Part shown: positions 29,401-37,935 of the stretch, one piece after another
Layout of the letters: each line of letters starts with the position of its first letter
Numbering within the stretch: position 1 is the stretch's first letter
NCBI GenBank assembly: GCA_963740315.1
Contig: CAVUDP010000002.1
Location: 1,888,001-1,952,000, forward strand
Direction of reading: 5' to 3'
DNA length: 64,000 nucleotides
From: an uncultured cyanobacterium
GTDB taxonomy: Bacteria > Cyanobacteriota > Cyanobacteriia > Cyanobacteriales > Nostocaceae
Made by a program: the position numbers and the translations under genes
Notes under the pieces: generated by a model
What the model saw: the letters and a program-made list of their open reading frames with translations, nothing else
What the model was told of the DNA's origin: nothing
Database searches by the model: none

Positions 29401-30885
29401 CGTTTGTAAATCAAACAGCCAAAAGACATTTTCAATCGTCTCCGCCATTTGCCGAAATCGGGCTTCACTTTCCCTAAGTGCTAAAGTTGCTCGCTTGCGT
29501 TCGGTAATATCAGCAGTTATAGCTGCGATTCCTTCCGGGGTGGGATAAATTTTAATCTCAAACCAGCCACTCAAACTTGGGTAATAAAACTCCAACTCAA
29601 TTGGGTTTCGTTCAAGCATGACTTTGCGAGCGCACCGTTCAAATTCGCTACCGATTAAATCTGGAAATAATTCCCAAAGGCTTTTACCCAAAACATCTTC
29701 ACGGCTCCTGCCAATGATTTCAAGTTCGCGATCGTTAAGGTAGGTAAGCCGCCAGTTATAATCAAAAATCACGAAACCATCGCGAATGCTTGATAAAACA
29801 TCTTGCATTCTAGTTTCTACCGCTTCTGTTTTTATTCGTGCAGTTTCGCGGATTTCATCTAATTTGCGTTCGCTTTCCCAAGCGCGAGCATTACTAATTG
29901 CGGATGCTATTTGTCCGGCAACTAAATCAAAGAAGCCTTGATAATCATCGTTGAAAGGTCTTCTCGGACTAATTCCTGCAATCAAAAATCCCCTGACTTG
30001 AACTTGTCCCGGCGCAATTAACGGTATAACCGCAGCAGCGTTTGGTAAGTGCGATCGCGCTCCACCAGATTCCCCATTCGACTGCAATCCCTCTACAATC
30101 TGACTCTCACCTGTCGCCATAACATCTCTTAGCGACCACAAATTACAAATTTCATCATCCGAATTAATTTCAATCTCATGCGGGCTAACGGACGAGAGCG
30201 CATCTAATCCGGCAATGCCAGCAAGTTGCGCTTTGCTGCGGGTATCATCGAGTAAATACAGCAGCGCAAAAGGTACATCATCGGAATTATGCGCTAAAGT
30301 CCGAGCAGAAATTTCACAAGCTTGCTCAACCGTCTTTACCCCAACCGCTTGTGTCGCTAATTCTCGTTGGGTTCGCAGTTGTCTTTCGCCGATAACCTTC
30401 GCCGTTGTCTCCGTACAAACAACCAGCGCACCATTGATATTACCATTTTCGTCTCGAACCGGACTATAACCGTAAGTCCAGTAAACTTCTTCTAAACAAC
30501 CATTGCGGATAATCGGCACTAATTGGTTTTCGTTCCAAGTAGATTCTCCCCGATCCATCACCCCATCAATTTGCTCGCCAACAATATCCCAAATCTCATT
30601 CCAAAATTCTCTTCCCCGATGTCCCAACGCTTGGGGGTGCCTATCCGCTCCCAAACTCGGACGGTAGGCATCATTATAAAATTGAATTAACTCCTCTCCC
30701 CAAAATAAAAACATCGGATGGCGAGAAGTAAGCAATATACTTAAAGTTATTTTTAGGCTTTGCGACCAAGTTTCAACCGCACCAAGACTAGTTCGTTCCC
30801 AATCAAAGTCACGCATCAGCCCCGCCATTTCGCTGTTTCCAACAAAAACGTCTTCCCGAAACCTCGAATTTTGCTTGGATTTCAC
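26449..30885 (-). CDS. Multi-PAS/GAF hybrid sensor histidine kinase with receiver domain
   Basis: DWERTSLG N-terminal PAS, GAF, about six further PAS/PAC domains, H-box SHELRTPL, NAVKFT, GGLGLGL, receiver LLISDIGMP. Confidence 0.95.
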   Translation of the reverse strand: MKSKQNSRFREDVFVGNSEMAGLMRDFDWERTSLGAVETWSQSLKITLSILLTSRHPMFLFWGEELIQFYNDAYRPSLGADRHPQALGHRGREFWNEIWDIVGEQIDGVMDRGESTWNENQLVPIIRNGCLEEVYWTYGYSPVRDENGNINGALVVCTETTAKVIGERQLRTQRELATQAVGVKTVEQACEISARTLAHNSDDVPFALLYLLDDTRSKAQLAGIAGLDALSSVSPHEIEINSDDEICNLWSLRDVMATGESQIVEGLQSNGESGGARSHLPNAAAVIPLIAPGQVQVRGFLIAGISPRRPFNDDYQGFFDLVAGQIASAISNARAWESERKLDEIRETARIKTEAVETRMQDVLSSIRDGFVIFDYNWRLTYLNDRELEIIGRSREDVLGKSLWELFPDLIGSEFERCARKVMLERNPIELEFYYPSLSGWFEIKIYPTPEGIAAITADITERKRATLALRESEARFRQMAETIENVFWLFDLQTQQHLYISPAYEKIWGRSCESVYVDLSNWVETVHPEDRHQLQDIWERCIKNGSQEEEYRIIRPDGSIRWVRDRGFVVNDENGQPYRLAGVSEDITEQKQAELALRESQEQLKLALKTAKLGNCQLDLRSNQLITSEQCKANFGLSPDADFTYEILFEQIHPEDKVRVQESLQQAIANDTDCDVEYRNIWDDNSIHWVLIRARCISDRLGNPLKMVGMIMDITERKRADEQLRQSERRLRRLVESNMFGVVICDRFGGLHYANDYLLNIIGYTSAEMQSDKVRWDELTPPEFAPLDDKAIQEVIAKGVCTPYEKEYRHKDGRRIPILIGAALLNEPFNENQEIITFVLDLTQLKQVTQERDRFFNLSGDMLAICNLEGYFTQVNPAWERTLGLTPTELTTKPYLEFIHPDDRSLTLAEAEKLARGINTIGFENRYRNKDGSYRWLSWNVSAFPEQQVLYSIARDVTERKQAEIQLQQLAALVDNSTDFIGIATPEGKGVYVNPAGCRLMGLENLEAALETEILDYFFPEDKAYVRDVIIETMIRQGLWRGEINFRHFQTGEAIPVDYSAFAIRDLQTNEIVAFATVTRDIRERVAMQQERERILQREQAAREAAEQANRIKDEFLAVLSHELRTPLNPILGWSKILQKGNLNAKKTEIALETIERNAKLQTQLIDDLLDISRILRGKLSLNEAPVNLATVIQSALETVRLAAEAKSIHIHTAKASSIGIVNGDEGRLQQVVWNILSNAVKFTPKGGHIWITLTQVENCAQIQIKDTGKGIKKEFLPYLFEHFRQEDSATTRKFGGLGLGLAIVRQLVELHGGTVTADSAGEGQGAIFTVEIPSTLVVNSTKILPETDRTSSNLNGINILVVDDEPDSCDLIAFLLEQEGATVTTAASASEALESIAKSTPDLLISDIGMPEMDGYELIKIIRASEKSKSIPAIAVTAYAGEVNQQQAISAGFQQHISKPIDANAVVDMAVELVRS

Positions 30886-31360
30886 GATCGCAACCCCGCT
30901 TCTGGGAAATACATCTTTACAGCCACACTTTGCTTCTTAAGTGTCAAAATATAATTTTATTTTGGAATTTTTACTTTGAGTTTTTTTTTACCCAAAAGCA
31001 TTTAAATAGAATTATTAATTAGATTATTAAATAATATAACTTTAAATATATATTACAACAAAGAGTTATTTAGCAGCATCAAAGTTCATCTAATCAATGT
31101 TAAGCTAACTACAAAATTTGTATTAAAATCTCCCTTTTTATTCAAATACAATACAACTATTTAATTGTTTTAAATTTTTTATATAATACTTTAACTATCT
31201 CCAGACAGATCGATTAACAGCAATTTTAGTACTTTTGATATGTCTTCTTCTATCTAAAGTATGATTTAGGTATTTAGCTATTGACCCCTTTGTAATACAA
31301 ATGTAGTATATAAAACTTGAAGGTGATAGACGATGGTAAGGCATTCATAGCGCGTGCGTC

Positions 31361-33178
31361 ATGGCAAATATACGAGATATCGTTAATTATTTTCGTCCGT
31401 ACTGGAAGCTGAGTGTATTTAGTATTGCGGCATCCAGCGTTTATGAGATTTTAGATTTACTAGTACCTTATGCGATTGGGCAGATACTAAACCTGCTTTC
31501 GGGACAACCGTTAGATGGATTTTTGAGGAGTGCGATCGCCACAATTTCCAATATTACAAACTATCCAGTAAATAACACTTTATCTTACGGTGTTTTGCTG
31601 GGTTTAATATTTATTGTGACAGTAGTAAGAGCGCCAACACAGCCCTGGTTGAGCGGTTGGTTTCACTGGGATATTGCCTTAAAAGCGCGTCGCGATCAAA
31701 GTGGAAAAGCAGTAGAAAAGATTCTCACATTACCTTTAGAATTTTATGATGAAAACAACCCCGGAAGGATAGCATCGAGAGTAGCAAAAGGAATTTCTAA
31801 TCATACTTGGACTTATCCAGAAATCACCGGACAATTGTTTCCCAAATTGTTTAGAGTTTTGGGGATTTTTGTATTTATTTGTTTCGTTGATTGGCGGATT
31901 GCGGCTTTATTTTTGCTTTCCTTTGTAGTGATTCTCAGCTTTACTTTAAAGAATCTACAGCAAATAATGGAATACGAAAGTCGCTTAGATAAATATTCGG
32001 AAAATACAGAAAGTAGAACATCCGAAATAGTTAGCAATATTAAAACAGTCAAAGCATTTGCCACCGAAGCCAAAGAATTAAAGCGTCAACAAGAACGTTT
32101 TGAACGCGAATCAAAGGTAGTGGTATATCGCATCCACAAAGGTTATGTAAAACTAAATACCTGGCAAAAAAGTTTAATTCAGTTTTGCGTATTCATGGTG
32201 CTTGGTTTAACTTTAGCTGCAACTATCGACGGTAGAATTAGCTTGGGTCATTTCATCATGACCTTAACTTTATCGAGCATGGCATATGCTGAATTAGAGC
32301 CGATCGGCATCCTTGCAGAGATATTTGCTCGTCGTTACAGTTCCATGTTGAGGTTTCACGAATTTCTACAAGAACCATCGGGAGTTGATTCTGAGGGGCT
32401 TTTGGAAAGTCGAAAACCGGAGAAATCCTATGATTTTACGGGTAAAGTTGAATTTTCTCATCTAAGTTTCGGTTACGAATCCAGCAGACGGATTTTGCAC
32501 GATATTAATCTGCTAATCGAACCATATCAAACAGTAGCATTAGTAGGACGTAGCGGTTCGGGTAAATCCACATTAGTAAAACTGCTGTTTCGTTACTTTG
32601 AGCCGCATGAAGGGAAAATACTGATTGATGGTGAAGACATCCGCAACTTGAATGTTGGAGAATATCGGAGAAGATTGGCGATCGTTCACCAAGAAGTAGA
32701 TATTTTCAACGGTACGGTTTTAGATAACTTGACTTACGGAAACGAAAACGCGAGTTTTGCGGAAGTAGAAGAAGCCTGTAGAATCGCCAAACTCGACGAA
32801 GTGATTAGTTTATTACCCGAAGGTTACTATACCGTAGTCGGAGAGCGTGGGGTTAGGTTATCTGGTGGACAAAGACAGCGAGTTGGAATAGCCAGAGCCT
32901 TGTTAGTAAATCCCGACGTACTCGTATTTGACGAAGCCACATCCAGCTTAGACTACGAATCCGAGCGATCGATCCAATTAGCAATGCGTTCAATTCAAGG
33001 AACCCGCACCACCATAGTCATCGCTCACCGACTGAGTACCGTTAGAGAAGCCGATAAGATTGTCGTCTTAGATAACGGCAGAATCGTAGAAATAGGCAGC
33101 CACGACGAACTGTTACAAGAACAAGGGATTTATAAGAGATTGCATTCGTTGCAAGAAACTGGAGAGCTTCTCAGTTAA
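31361..33178 (+). CDS. ABC exporter, fused permease and ATPase
   Basis: Transmembrane domain, Walker A GRSGSGKST, signature LSGGQRQR, Walker B VFDEATS. Confidence 0.95.
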   Translation: MANIRDIVNYFRPYWKLSVFSIAASSVYEILDLLVPYAIGQILNLLSGQPLDGFLRSAIATISNITNYPVNNTLSYGVLLGLIFIVTVVRAPTQPWLSGWFHWDIALKARRDQSGKAVEKILTLPLEFYDENNPGRIASRVAKGISNHTWTYPEITGQLFPKLFRVLGIFVFICFVDWRIAALFLLSFVVILSFTLKNLQQIMEYESRLDKYSENTESRTSEIVSNIKTVKAFATEAKELKRQQERFERESKVVVYRIHKGYVKLNTWQKSLIQFCVFMVLGLTLAATIDGRISLGHFIMTLTLSSMAYAELEPIGILAEIFARRYSSMLRFHEFLQEPSGVDSEGLLESRKPEKSYDFTGKVEFSHLSFGYESSRRILHDINLLIEPYQTVALVGRSGSGKSTLVKLLFRYFEPHEGKILIDGEDIRNLNVGEYRRRLAIVHQEVDIFNGTVLDNLTYGNENASFAEVEEACRIAKLDEVISLLPEGYYTVVGERGVRLSGGQRQRVGIARALLVNPDVLVFDEATSSLDYESERSIQLAMRSIQGTRTTIVIAHRLSTVREADKIVVLDNGRIVEIGSHDELLQEQGIYKRLHSLQETGELLS

Positions 33179-33410
33179 CAGTGAGCAGTGAGCAGTTAGC
33201 AGTTAGGAATTGGGGATTGGGTATGGGGAACAATGAGAAGTATATGAAGCGATCGGGAGCAAAATAAATAAATAACGAGCAAGATGTATGTCCTTGCGGA
33301 CACGCTGCGAAGGCAGCACTACAAATAATTTCATAATTCCCCATCTCCCCATCTCCCCATCTCCCCCTCTCCCCCTCTCCCCCTCTCCCCATTCCCCATT
33401 ACCCATGCTC
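33174..33410. repeat. STRR arrays and a small SDR-like hairpin
   Basis: CAGTGAG, GGGGATT and CCCCATCT/CCCCCTCT units; TGTCC-TTGC-GGACA and GCTGC-GAAG-GCAGC hairpins near 33289-33317. Confidence 0.75.
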
Positions 33411-33443
33411 CATAAGCATTTCAAGAGTTTATCAAAAAAAACT

Positions 33444-33472
33444 TTGGCATTTCCCAGAGCTTGTGATACTAT
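33444..33472 (+). promoter_or_regulatory. Promoter of the tRNA-Tyr/tRNA-Thr operon
   Basis: TTGGCA-N17-TACTAT with extended -10 TG, 20 nt before tRNA-Tyr. Confidence 0.7.
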
Positions 33473-33492
33473 TAGTAATCGTGAGACGACAT

Positions 33493-33574
33493 GGGTCGGT
33501 GTCCGAGTGGTTAATGGAGGCGGACTGTAAATCCGCTGGCTTCGCCTACGCTGGTTCAAATCCAGCTCGGCCCA
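33493..33574 (+). tRNA. trnY: tRNA-Tyr (GTA)
   Basis: Acceptor stem GGGTCGG/TCGGCCC, anticodon arm GCGGA-CTGTAAA-TCCGC, long variable arm, T-loop TTCAAAT; CCA not encoded. Confidence 0.97.
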
Positions 33575-33638
33575 TCTCACTTCTAGATTTTGGATTTTCT
33601 TGATAATAGTCCAAAGTCTAGAAACAAAGATTTTTTTT

Positions 33639-33710
33639 GCCGATGTAGCTCAGTGGTAGAGCACACCCTTGGTAAGGGTGAGGTCACGAGTTCGACTCTC
33701 GTCATCGGCT
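33639..33710 (+). tRNA. trnT: tRNA-Thr (GGT)
   Basis: Acceptor GCCGATG/CATCGGC, anticodon arm CACCC-TTGGTAA-GGGTG, T-loop TTCGACT. Confidence 0.97.
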
Positions 33711-33762
33711 TATTTGATTTTAGATTTTAGATTTTGGATTGCCCTTCGGTTGAAAGCTAGTA

Positions 33763-33941
33763 CAGACGGGCGTTACGAGGGTACCCATATAATAACCGGA
33801 CTTTTAGACCACAAGAAGACACTTGAGGCTCCGGTATATAAGTCGGGTTTTTAGAAAATTTGTAAGTGTATTACAGATACGTATTCTAAAAACCCGACTT
33901 CTGACCATTATGAAAATGGGTACGCTATTTAAGCCGTTTTG
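33763..33941. mobile_element. MITE-like non-autonomous element, copy 1
   Basis: Imperfect terminal IRs (CAGACGG..GTACCCAT / ATGGGTAC..CCGTTTTG), perfect internal 17-bp IR at 33840-33856 and 33884-33900; inverted homolog at 63090-63233. Confidence 0.7.
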
Positions 33942-33984
33942 TTTGAACAAGCGGAAGCGATTATAGCTGTTTTGGAGGAGCAAA

Positions 33985-34194
33985 ATGGATAGAGAAGAAG
34001 CGCAAAATTTAGCGAATGATGCTAAAAACTTGAGTCAGCAAGGATTAGAGTTGATTCAGCAAGGAAAATATCGCGAGGGACATAATTTAATACGTCAAGC
34101 TGTGGAAGCTGGTAGAAAATGCCGAAAGTTTTTGGAACAGCCAAAAATAGAAAGAGGTTTGGGAATACTTGAACAAATGCATGAACAAGGTTGA
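33985..34194 (+). CDS. Small helical hypothetical protein (69 aa)
   Basis: Strong RBS GGAGGAG before ATG; TPR-like helical-hairpin pattern. Confidence 0.7.
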   Translation: MDREEAQNLANDAKNLSQQGLELIQQGKYREGHNLIRQAVEAGRKCRKFLEQPKIERGLGILEQMHEQG

Positions 34195-34477
34195 GAATAC
34201 TAAAGATAATTTTAGCCTCCGGTGATGGGGGTTATTTTTTGCTTTTCCTTGTATGTGTAGTAAACTCTGTGATGCAAATATGCTTTCAGATTTTTTAAAA
34301 GGTGTTAAGGCTTGAAGTACGGTAGTTAGATTTGAAGATAGCGATCGCACTTGCCTTCTGTAAAGCCGTGATTTTCTAATGATTAGATAGATTTATAAAT
34401 TAGTAGTAACGTGAATAAAGTAAACCAATTAGCAACTTTTACCTGTATTATTTTAGCCAAACTTTTTAGTAAAAGCT

Positions 34478-35353
34478 GTGAGCCTTATTCTTCAAGTTCC
34501 CACCGTTAACGATAATTTAAAAGACTTCGAGCGGCTTTTCCAGTTATGGCAAAAAGTTGAAAACGAAGCAACAGAAATAATATTCGATTTTTCTCAATGT
34601 TGGTTTTTACGACCAAATGCCGTTGCTTTTTTAGGTGGTTTAATCCGCTTAATTCAAAGTAAAGGCGGAAAAATTACATTTAAATGGGCTACTCTTCATA
34701 AGAAAGTAAGAAGAAATCTAGAACAAAATGGTTTCATGTATGTTTTTGGGGACGATAAAGAACCTTGGCAAGGTAACTCCATTCCTTATAGAGAAGATCC
34801 ATATCAAAACAAAGATAGTTTAGTTGACTACCTAACGGAACAATGGTTAGGTAGAGACTGGATTCATATAGGTCAGATTTTACAAAGTATTATTGTAGGA
34901 ACAACGCTAGAAATTTATGCTAATGCTTTTGAACACGGGCAAACAGAGATTGGCGTGTTTAGTTGCGGACAGCACTATCCCAATTTAGGCGAACTCAAAC
35001 TAACGGTAGTTGATTTTGGGGTGGGAATTCCTCATAATGTACGTAACTTCCAAAGAAACCCTAATCTACCAGCAGATAAAGCGCTCAAATGGGCTTTTCA
35101 ACCAGGTACAACTACTAGAAAGGGCAATGTAACGGGTGGTATTGGTCTTGAGAGTTTAAAAAGGTTTGTTCAGATAAACAAAGGAAAACTTGAAATTTTC
35201 AGTCATGATGGATATGTCATAATTGATAAACAACAAGAAACTTATAATAATTTGTCTAGTTTTTTCGGAGGTACGCTGGTTAACATCACACTTTCATGTG
35301 ATGAGTCTTATTACTTGTTGACCTTTGAGCCAGATGACGAGCCACTATTTTAA
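34478..35353 (+). CDS. STAS-like domain plus GHKL (HATPase_c) kinase-like domain, no HisKA
   Basis: N-terminal IIFDFSQCWFLRPNAV; N-box EIYANAFEHG, G1 VVDFGVGI, F-box AFQPGTTT, G2 GGIGL, GTLV. Confidence 0.8.
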   Translation: MSLILQVPTVNDNLKDFERLFQLWQKVENEATEIIFDFSQCWFLRPNAVAFLGGLIRLIQSKGGKITFKWATLHKKVRRNLEQNGFMYVFGDDKEPWQGNSIPYREDPYQNKDSLVDYLTEQWLGRDWIHIGQILQSIIVGTTLEIYANAFEHGQTEIGVFSCGQHYPNLGELKLTVVDFGVGIPHNVRNFQRNPNLPADKALKWAFQPGTTTRKGNVTGGIGLESLKRFVQINKGKLEIFSHDGYVIIDKQQETYNNLSSFFGGTLVNITLSCDESYYLLTFEPDDEPLF

Positions 35354-35368
35354 GGGAAGATTTAGACG

Positions 35369-35716
35369 ATGAAATACGAAATCCTCACCCTAATAGGCAA
35401 AAACTGCATTACACCTGAAGATGGTCAAAAGGTGTATGAATTGGCTCATGCAGAATTGTTAGCAGAGCAACCTATAGAATTAGACTTTGCTGAAGTCAAG
35501 ATTTTTGCTTCCCCATTCTTTAATTTTGCGATTGGACAACTTTTAAAAGATATTCAACCAGAAAGCCTTAATCGTCTTCTAAAAATTACCAACTTGAATC
35601 CAGTTGGTAAGCAAATACTCAGACGAGTTATCGAGAATTCAAAGCTGTATTACTCGGACGAAAATAACCGTAAAGCAGTAGACGAAGCGTTGAGCGAACA
35701 AGCTGAGAGTGCTTAA
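35369..35716 (+). CDS. STAS-like DUF4325-family protein
   Basis: EDGQKVY, IELDFAEVKIFASPFFNFAIGQL pattern. Confidence 0.8.
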   Translation: MKYEILTLIGKNCITPEDGQKVYELAHAELLAEQPIELDFAEVKIFASPFFNFAIGQLLKDIQPESLNRLLKITNLNPVGKQILRRVIENSKLYYSDENNRKAVDEALSEQAESA

Positions 35717-36279
35717 TGGTAAGCTATACAGTAAGAGCGAAAGTAGTTGATATTCGTTCTGATACGCCTAAAAAAGAAGATACTTTTCTAGTAGATACCA
35801 ATGTTTGGTACTGGCTTACTTATACAAAAGCAAGCACTACTGCTTTGTTGCCTAAGATAAATCATTATTCTTCATTTTTTTCCAAAGCACTAAATGCGGA
35901 ATCTTTTCTTTTATACAATGCTCTTTCTCTTGCAGAGTTAGCACATAACATCGAGAAAACAGAAAGAAGAATATTTTCCTCAACAATAAAACCGAAAGAA
36001 TACCGTCACGATCATTCAGCAGAAAGAACTACAGTTTTTAACGAATTAGAAGCAGCTTGGAGTCAGGTTACATCAATTGCAGTATGTACGGATATATTAG
36101 TTAACGAAGCTACAGCAAATGCCGCTCTCAAAAGATTTGAAACTCAATTGCTTGACGGCTACGACTTGCTTATACTAGAAGCAATGGACAAAGCAGGAGT
36201 AAAGCAAATAATTACTGATGACGGTGATTATGTAAACGTTTCAGGGATTACAGTTTTTACAGCTAATAATAGTGCGTAA
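35716..36279 (+). CDS. PIN-domain nuclease, C-terminally truncated by an insertion (ancestral stop at 36345)
   Basis: FLVDTNVW, LAELAH, LDGYD and ITDDGDY acidic residues; TAATG overlap with the upstream gene. Confidence 0.85.
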   Translation: MVSYTVRAKVVDIRSDTPKKEDTFLVDTNVWYWLTYTKASTTALLPKINHYSSFFSKALNAESFLLYNALSLAELAHNIEKTERRIFSSTIKPKEYRHDHSAERTTVFNELEAAWSQVTSIAVCTDILVNEATANAALKRFETQLLDGYDLLILEAMDKAGVKQIITDDGDYVNVSGITVFTANNSA

Positions 36280-36303
36280 TGCCGAAGGCATCAAGCTTCG
36301 CTT
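36277..36303. mobile_element. 27-nt SDR5-like hairpin element inserted into a HIP1 site
   Basis: GCG|TAATGCCGAAGGCATCAAGCTTCGCTT|ATCGC; removing it restores GCGATCGC and the open frame. Confidence 0.8.
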
Positions 36304-36430
36304 ATCGCTGCTGCAACAAGTCAAGGAAAGCTATTAGTAAGGTAAAAGTACATTGTTTGTAGTATTTATTTTACAAAATATCTTTGTACAATATGTATTT
36401 AATATAAAAACCTAAAAATAGGACAAAACA

Positions 36431-36736
36431 ATGCAATCAGACTACTTTAACTTTCTTGCTCCCAATGACATTCGTCTCAAAGGTTCTCGTATTGGTATAG
36501 AAACGATTTTAGATGAATACATTTATCGTCGTCATTTCCCAGAAGCGATCGCCGAAACTTATCCAAGTCTTACCTTAGAACAAGTTTACGCCACTATACT
36601 TTATTAACTGCATAATCAAGAGTCAGTTACTCAATATATGGCAGACTGGCTAAAATACTGCCAAAAATCTGTAACACAGCAAGATGAAAATCCACCCGAA
36701 TATATTTTGAGATTGCGTCAAGTGAAAGCCGCTTAA
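36431..36736 (+). pseudogene. DUF433-family antitoxin-like gene with a premature stop
   Basis: MQSDYFNFLAPNDIRLKGSRIGIETIL..IAETYPSLTLEQVYATILY*LHNQESV..; in-frame TAA at 36605-36607. Missed by the ORF track. Confidence 0.8.
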
Positions 36737-36782
36737 AGAGGCATGGTTTCATAAGAATTAAGTATTTAATTAAATTCAATTC

Positions 36783-37178
36783 CTACTTCCAAGCTTTAAC
36801 TTTCCCATCTTTATGAACTTTTGCGATAAAAGGTGCTGGTGTCTTTTTAAAAAAGCGCTTCATCGAAGGTACTGCTTGAGCAAATATCTCTGCCATTTCG
36901 CTACCGGATAAATTACCCGAAACTAAGACGAACATACAAGCACCGGAATTTTGAACAGCCATCATTTCTAAACGTCGATGGGCAATTTTTTTATCCGCAG
37001 TTAAAATTATCCAACCCTTAGATGCTACTACAGGCAACCAATCTGTATCGGGCGTTGCTTAGTTAAAATGGTCGTCGTGAATCTCAACTAATTCACCTAT
37101 ATCTATTAAAGCATTAACAACATGAGTTTTTCCCAAAGAACGATCGATAAAAAATACAATTTTAGCTTCTTTACTCAT
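36783..37178 (-). pseudogene. VapC45-like PIN toxin with a nonsense codon
   Basis: ATG 37178 overlaps the antitoxin stop; MSKEAKIVFFIDRSLG..IHDDHFN*ATPDTDWLPVVASKGWIILTADKKI; TAA at 37059-37061. Confidence 0.85.
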
Positions 37179-37876
37179 GCAGCCAATGCTAATTCATAAC
37201 GGATAGCTTCTTCTACTTTCAAGCGATCGCACTTATAATCTAGTGCTAAATCATCAATTGATTCCCCAGCACCATACCTTCCCGCTAAAATACTAGTTGG
37301 TACTCCCGTTCCTTCTAAAACAGGTTGTCCAAAGGATACCAACGGATTTATAACAATCAACTTTGGTGTTGCGGTTTCTTTTGTGCGAGTAAAAGGATAA
37401 AGTATAGTCGGTAAATCATCTTCATCCCATTCAATTCGTTTTAAATAAATTTGCACAATTTCTGGTATGACTAACTGTCCGCTTTTTGAAGCATTTACCA
37501 AATATCCCAACTGTTCAATAAATAAATCTATTCCATCGGTATAAAGCTTTTTATTAGCAAGAGGATGTTGCATTCCCGTGTGGCTTTGAAGATATGAAAC
37601 TCCTTGTCTAACTTTTTCTAAAGGTAGTTTATGATAGCGCCGAATAGCATTAAGAACGTGTAATTCTATCAAATTAGTGAAAGACAATAATCGTTCATCT
37701 GGCTCTGGAATAGTAATAATTGGCTCGAAACGTTTTGAACCGGATTTAGTTCGATATCGAGCGCCAAATACCCAAGAACGCACGGTAGAATATGGTACGC
37801 GCAAATGGTGTACCGCTTCTGCTACGCTATAAGTCCCAATGTTGCGGGGATCTTTACCTTGATAAAGGTTGCTCAA
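37175..37876 (-). CDS. VapB45-like antitoxin (HTH plus DUF433)
   Basis: YSVAEAVHHL..STVRSW, LSFTNLIELHVL, NPLVSFGQPV..TGVPT, GESIDDLALDY motifs. Confidence 0.85.
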   Translation of the reverse strand: MSNLYQGKDPRNIGTYSVAEAVHHLRVPYSTVRSWVFGARYRTKSGSKRFEPIITIPEPDERLLSFTNLIELHVLNAIRRYHKLPLEKVRQGVSYLQSHTGMQHPLANKKLYTDGIDLFIEQLGYLVNASKSGQLVIPEIVQIYLKRIEWDEDDLPTILYPFTRTKETATPKLIVINPLVSFGQPVLEGTGVPTSILAGRYGAGESIDDLALDYKCDRLKVEEAIRYELALAA

Positions 37877-37935
37877 TAGTCAATCTCCATCTAACCGTTA
37901 TATTTTTTATTTTAAAGCTTAATTGTTGCTTTAAC

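Noticed and set aside
26687..30469. Several + strand ORFs inside the histidine kinase gene, and similar antisense ORFs elsewhere
   Set aside because: Shadow ORFs opposite well-supported genes, with no motifs or RBS.
31290..31310. LexA-box-like sequence AATACAAATGTAGT upstream of the ABC exporter
   Set aside because: Two mismatches to the AGTAC-N4-GTACT-type consensus in very AT-rich DNA; not distinguishable from chance without a PWM scan.
33171..33854. ORFs 33171-33392, 33203-33580, 33288-33530 and 33669-33854
   Set aside because: They overlap tRNA genes and STRR arrays; the Gly/Arg or Pro-rich translations are repeat artefacts.
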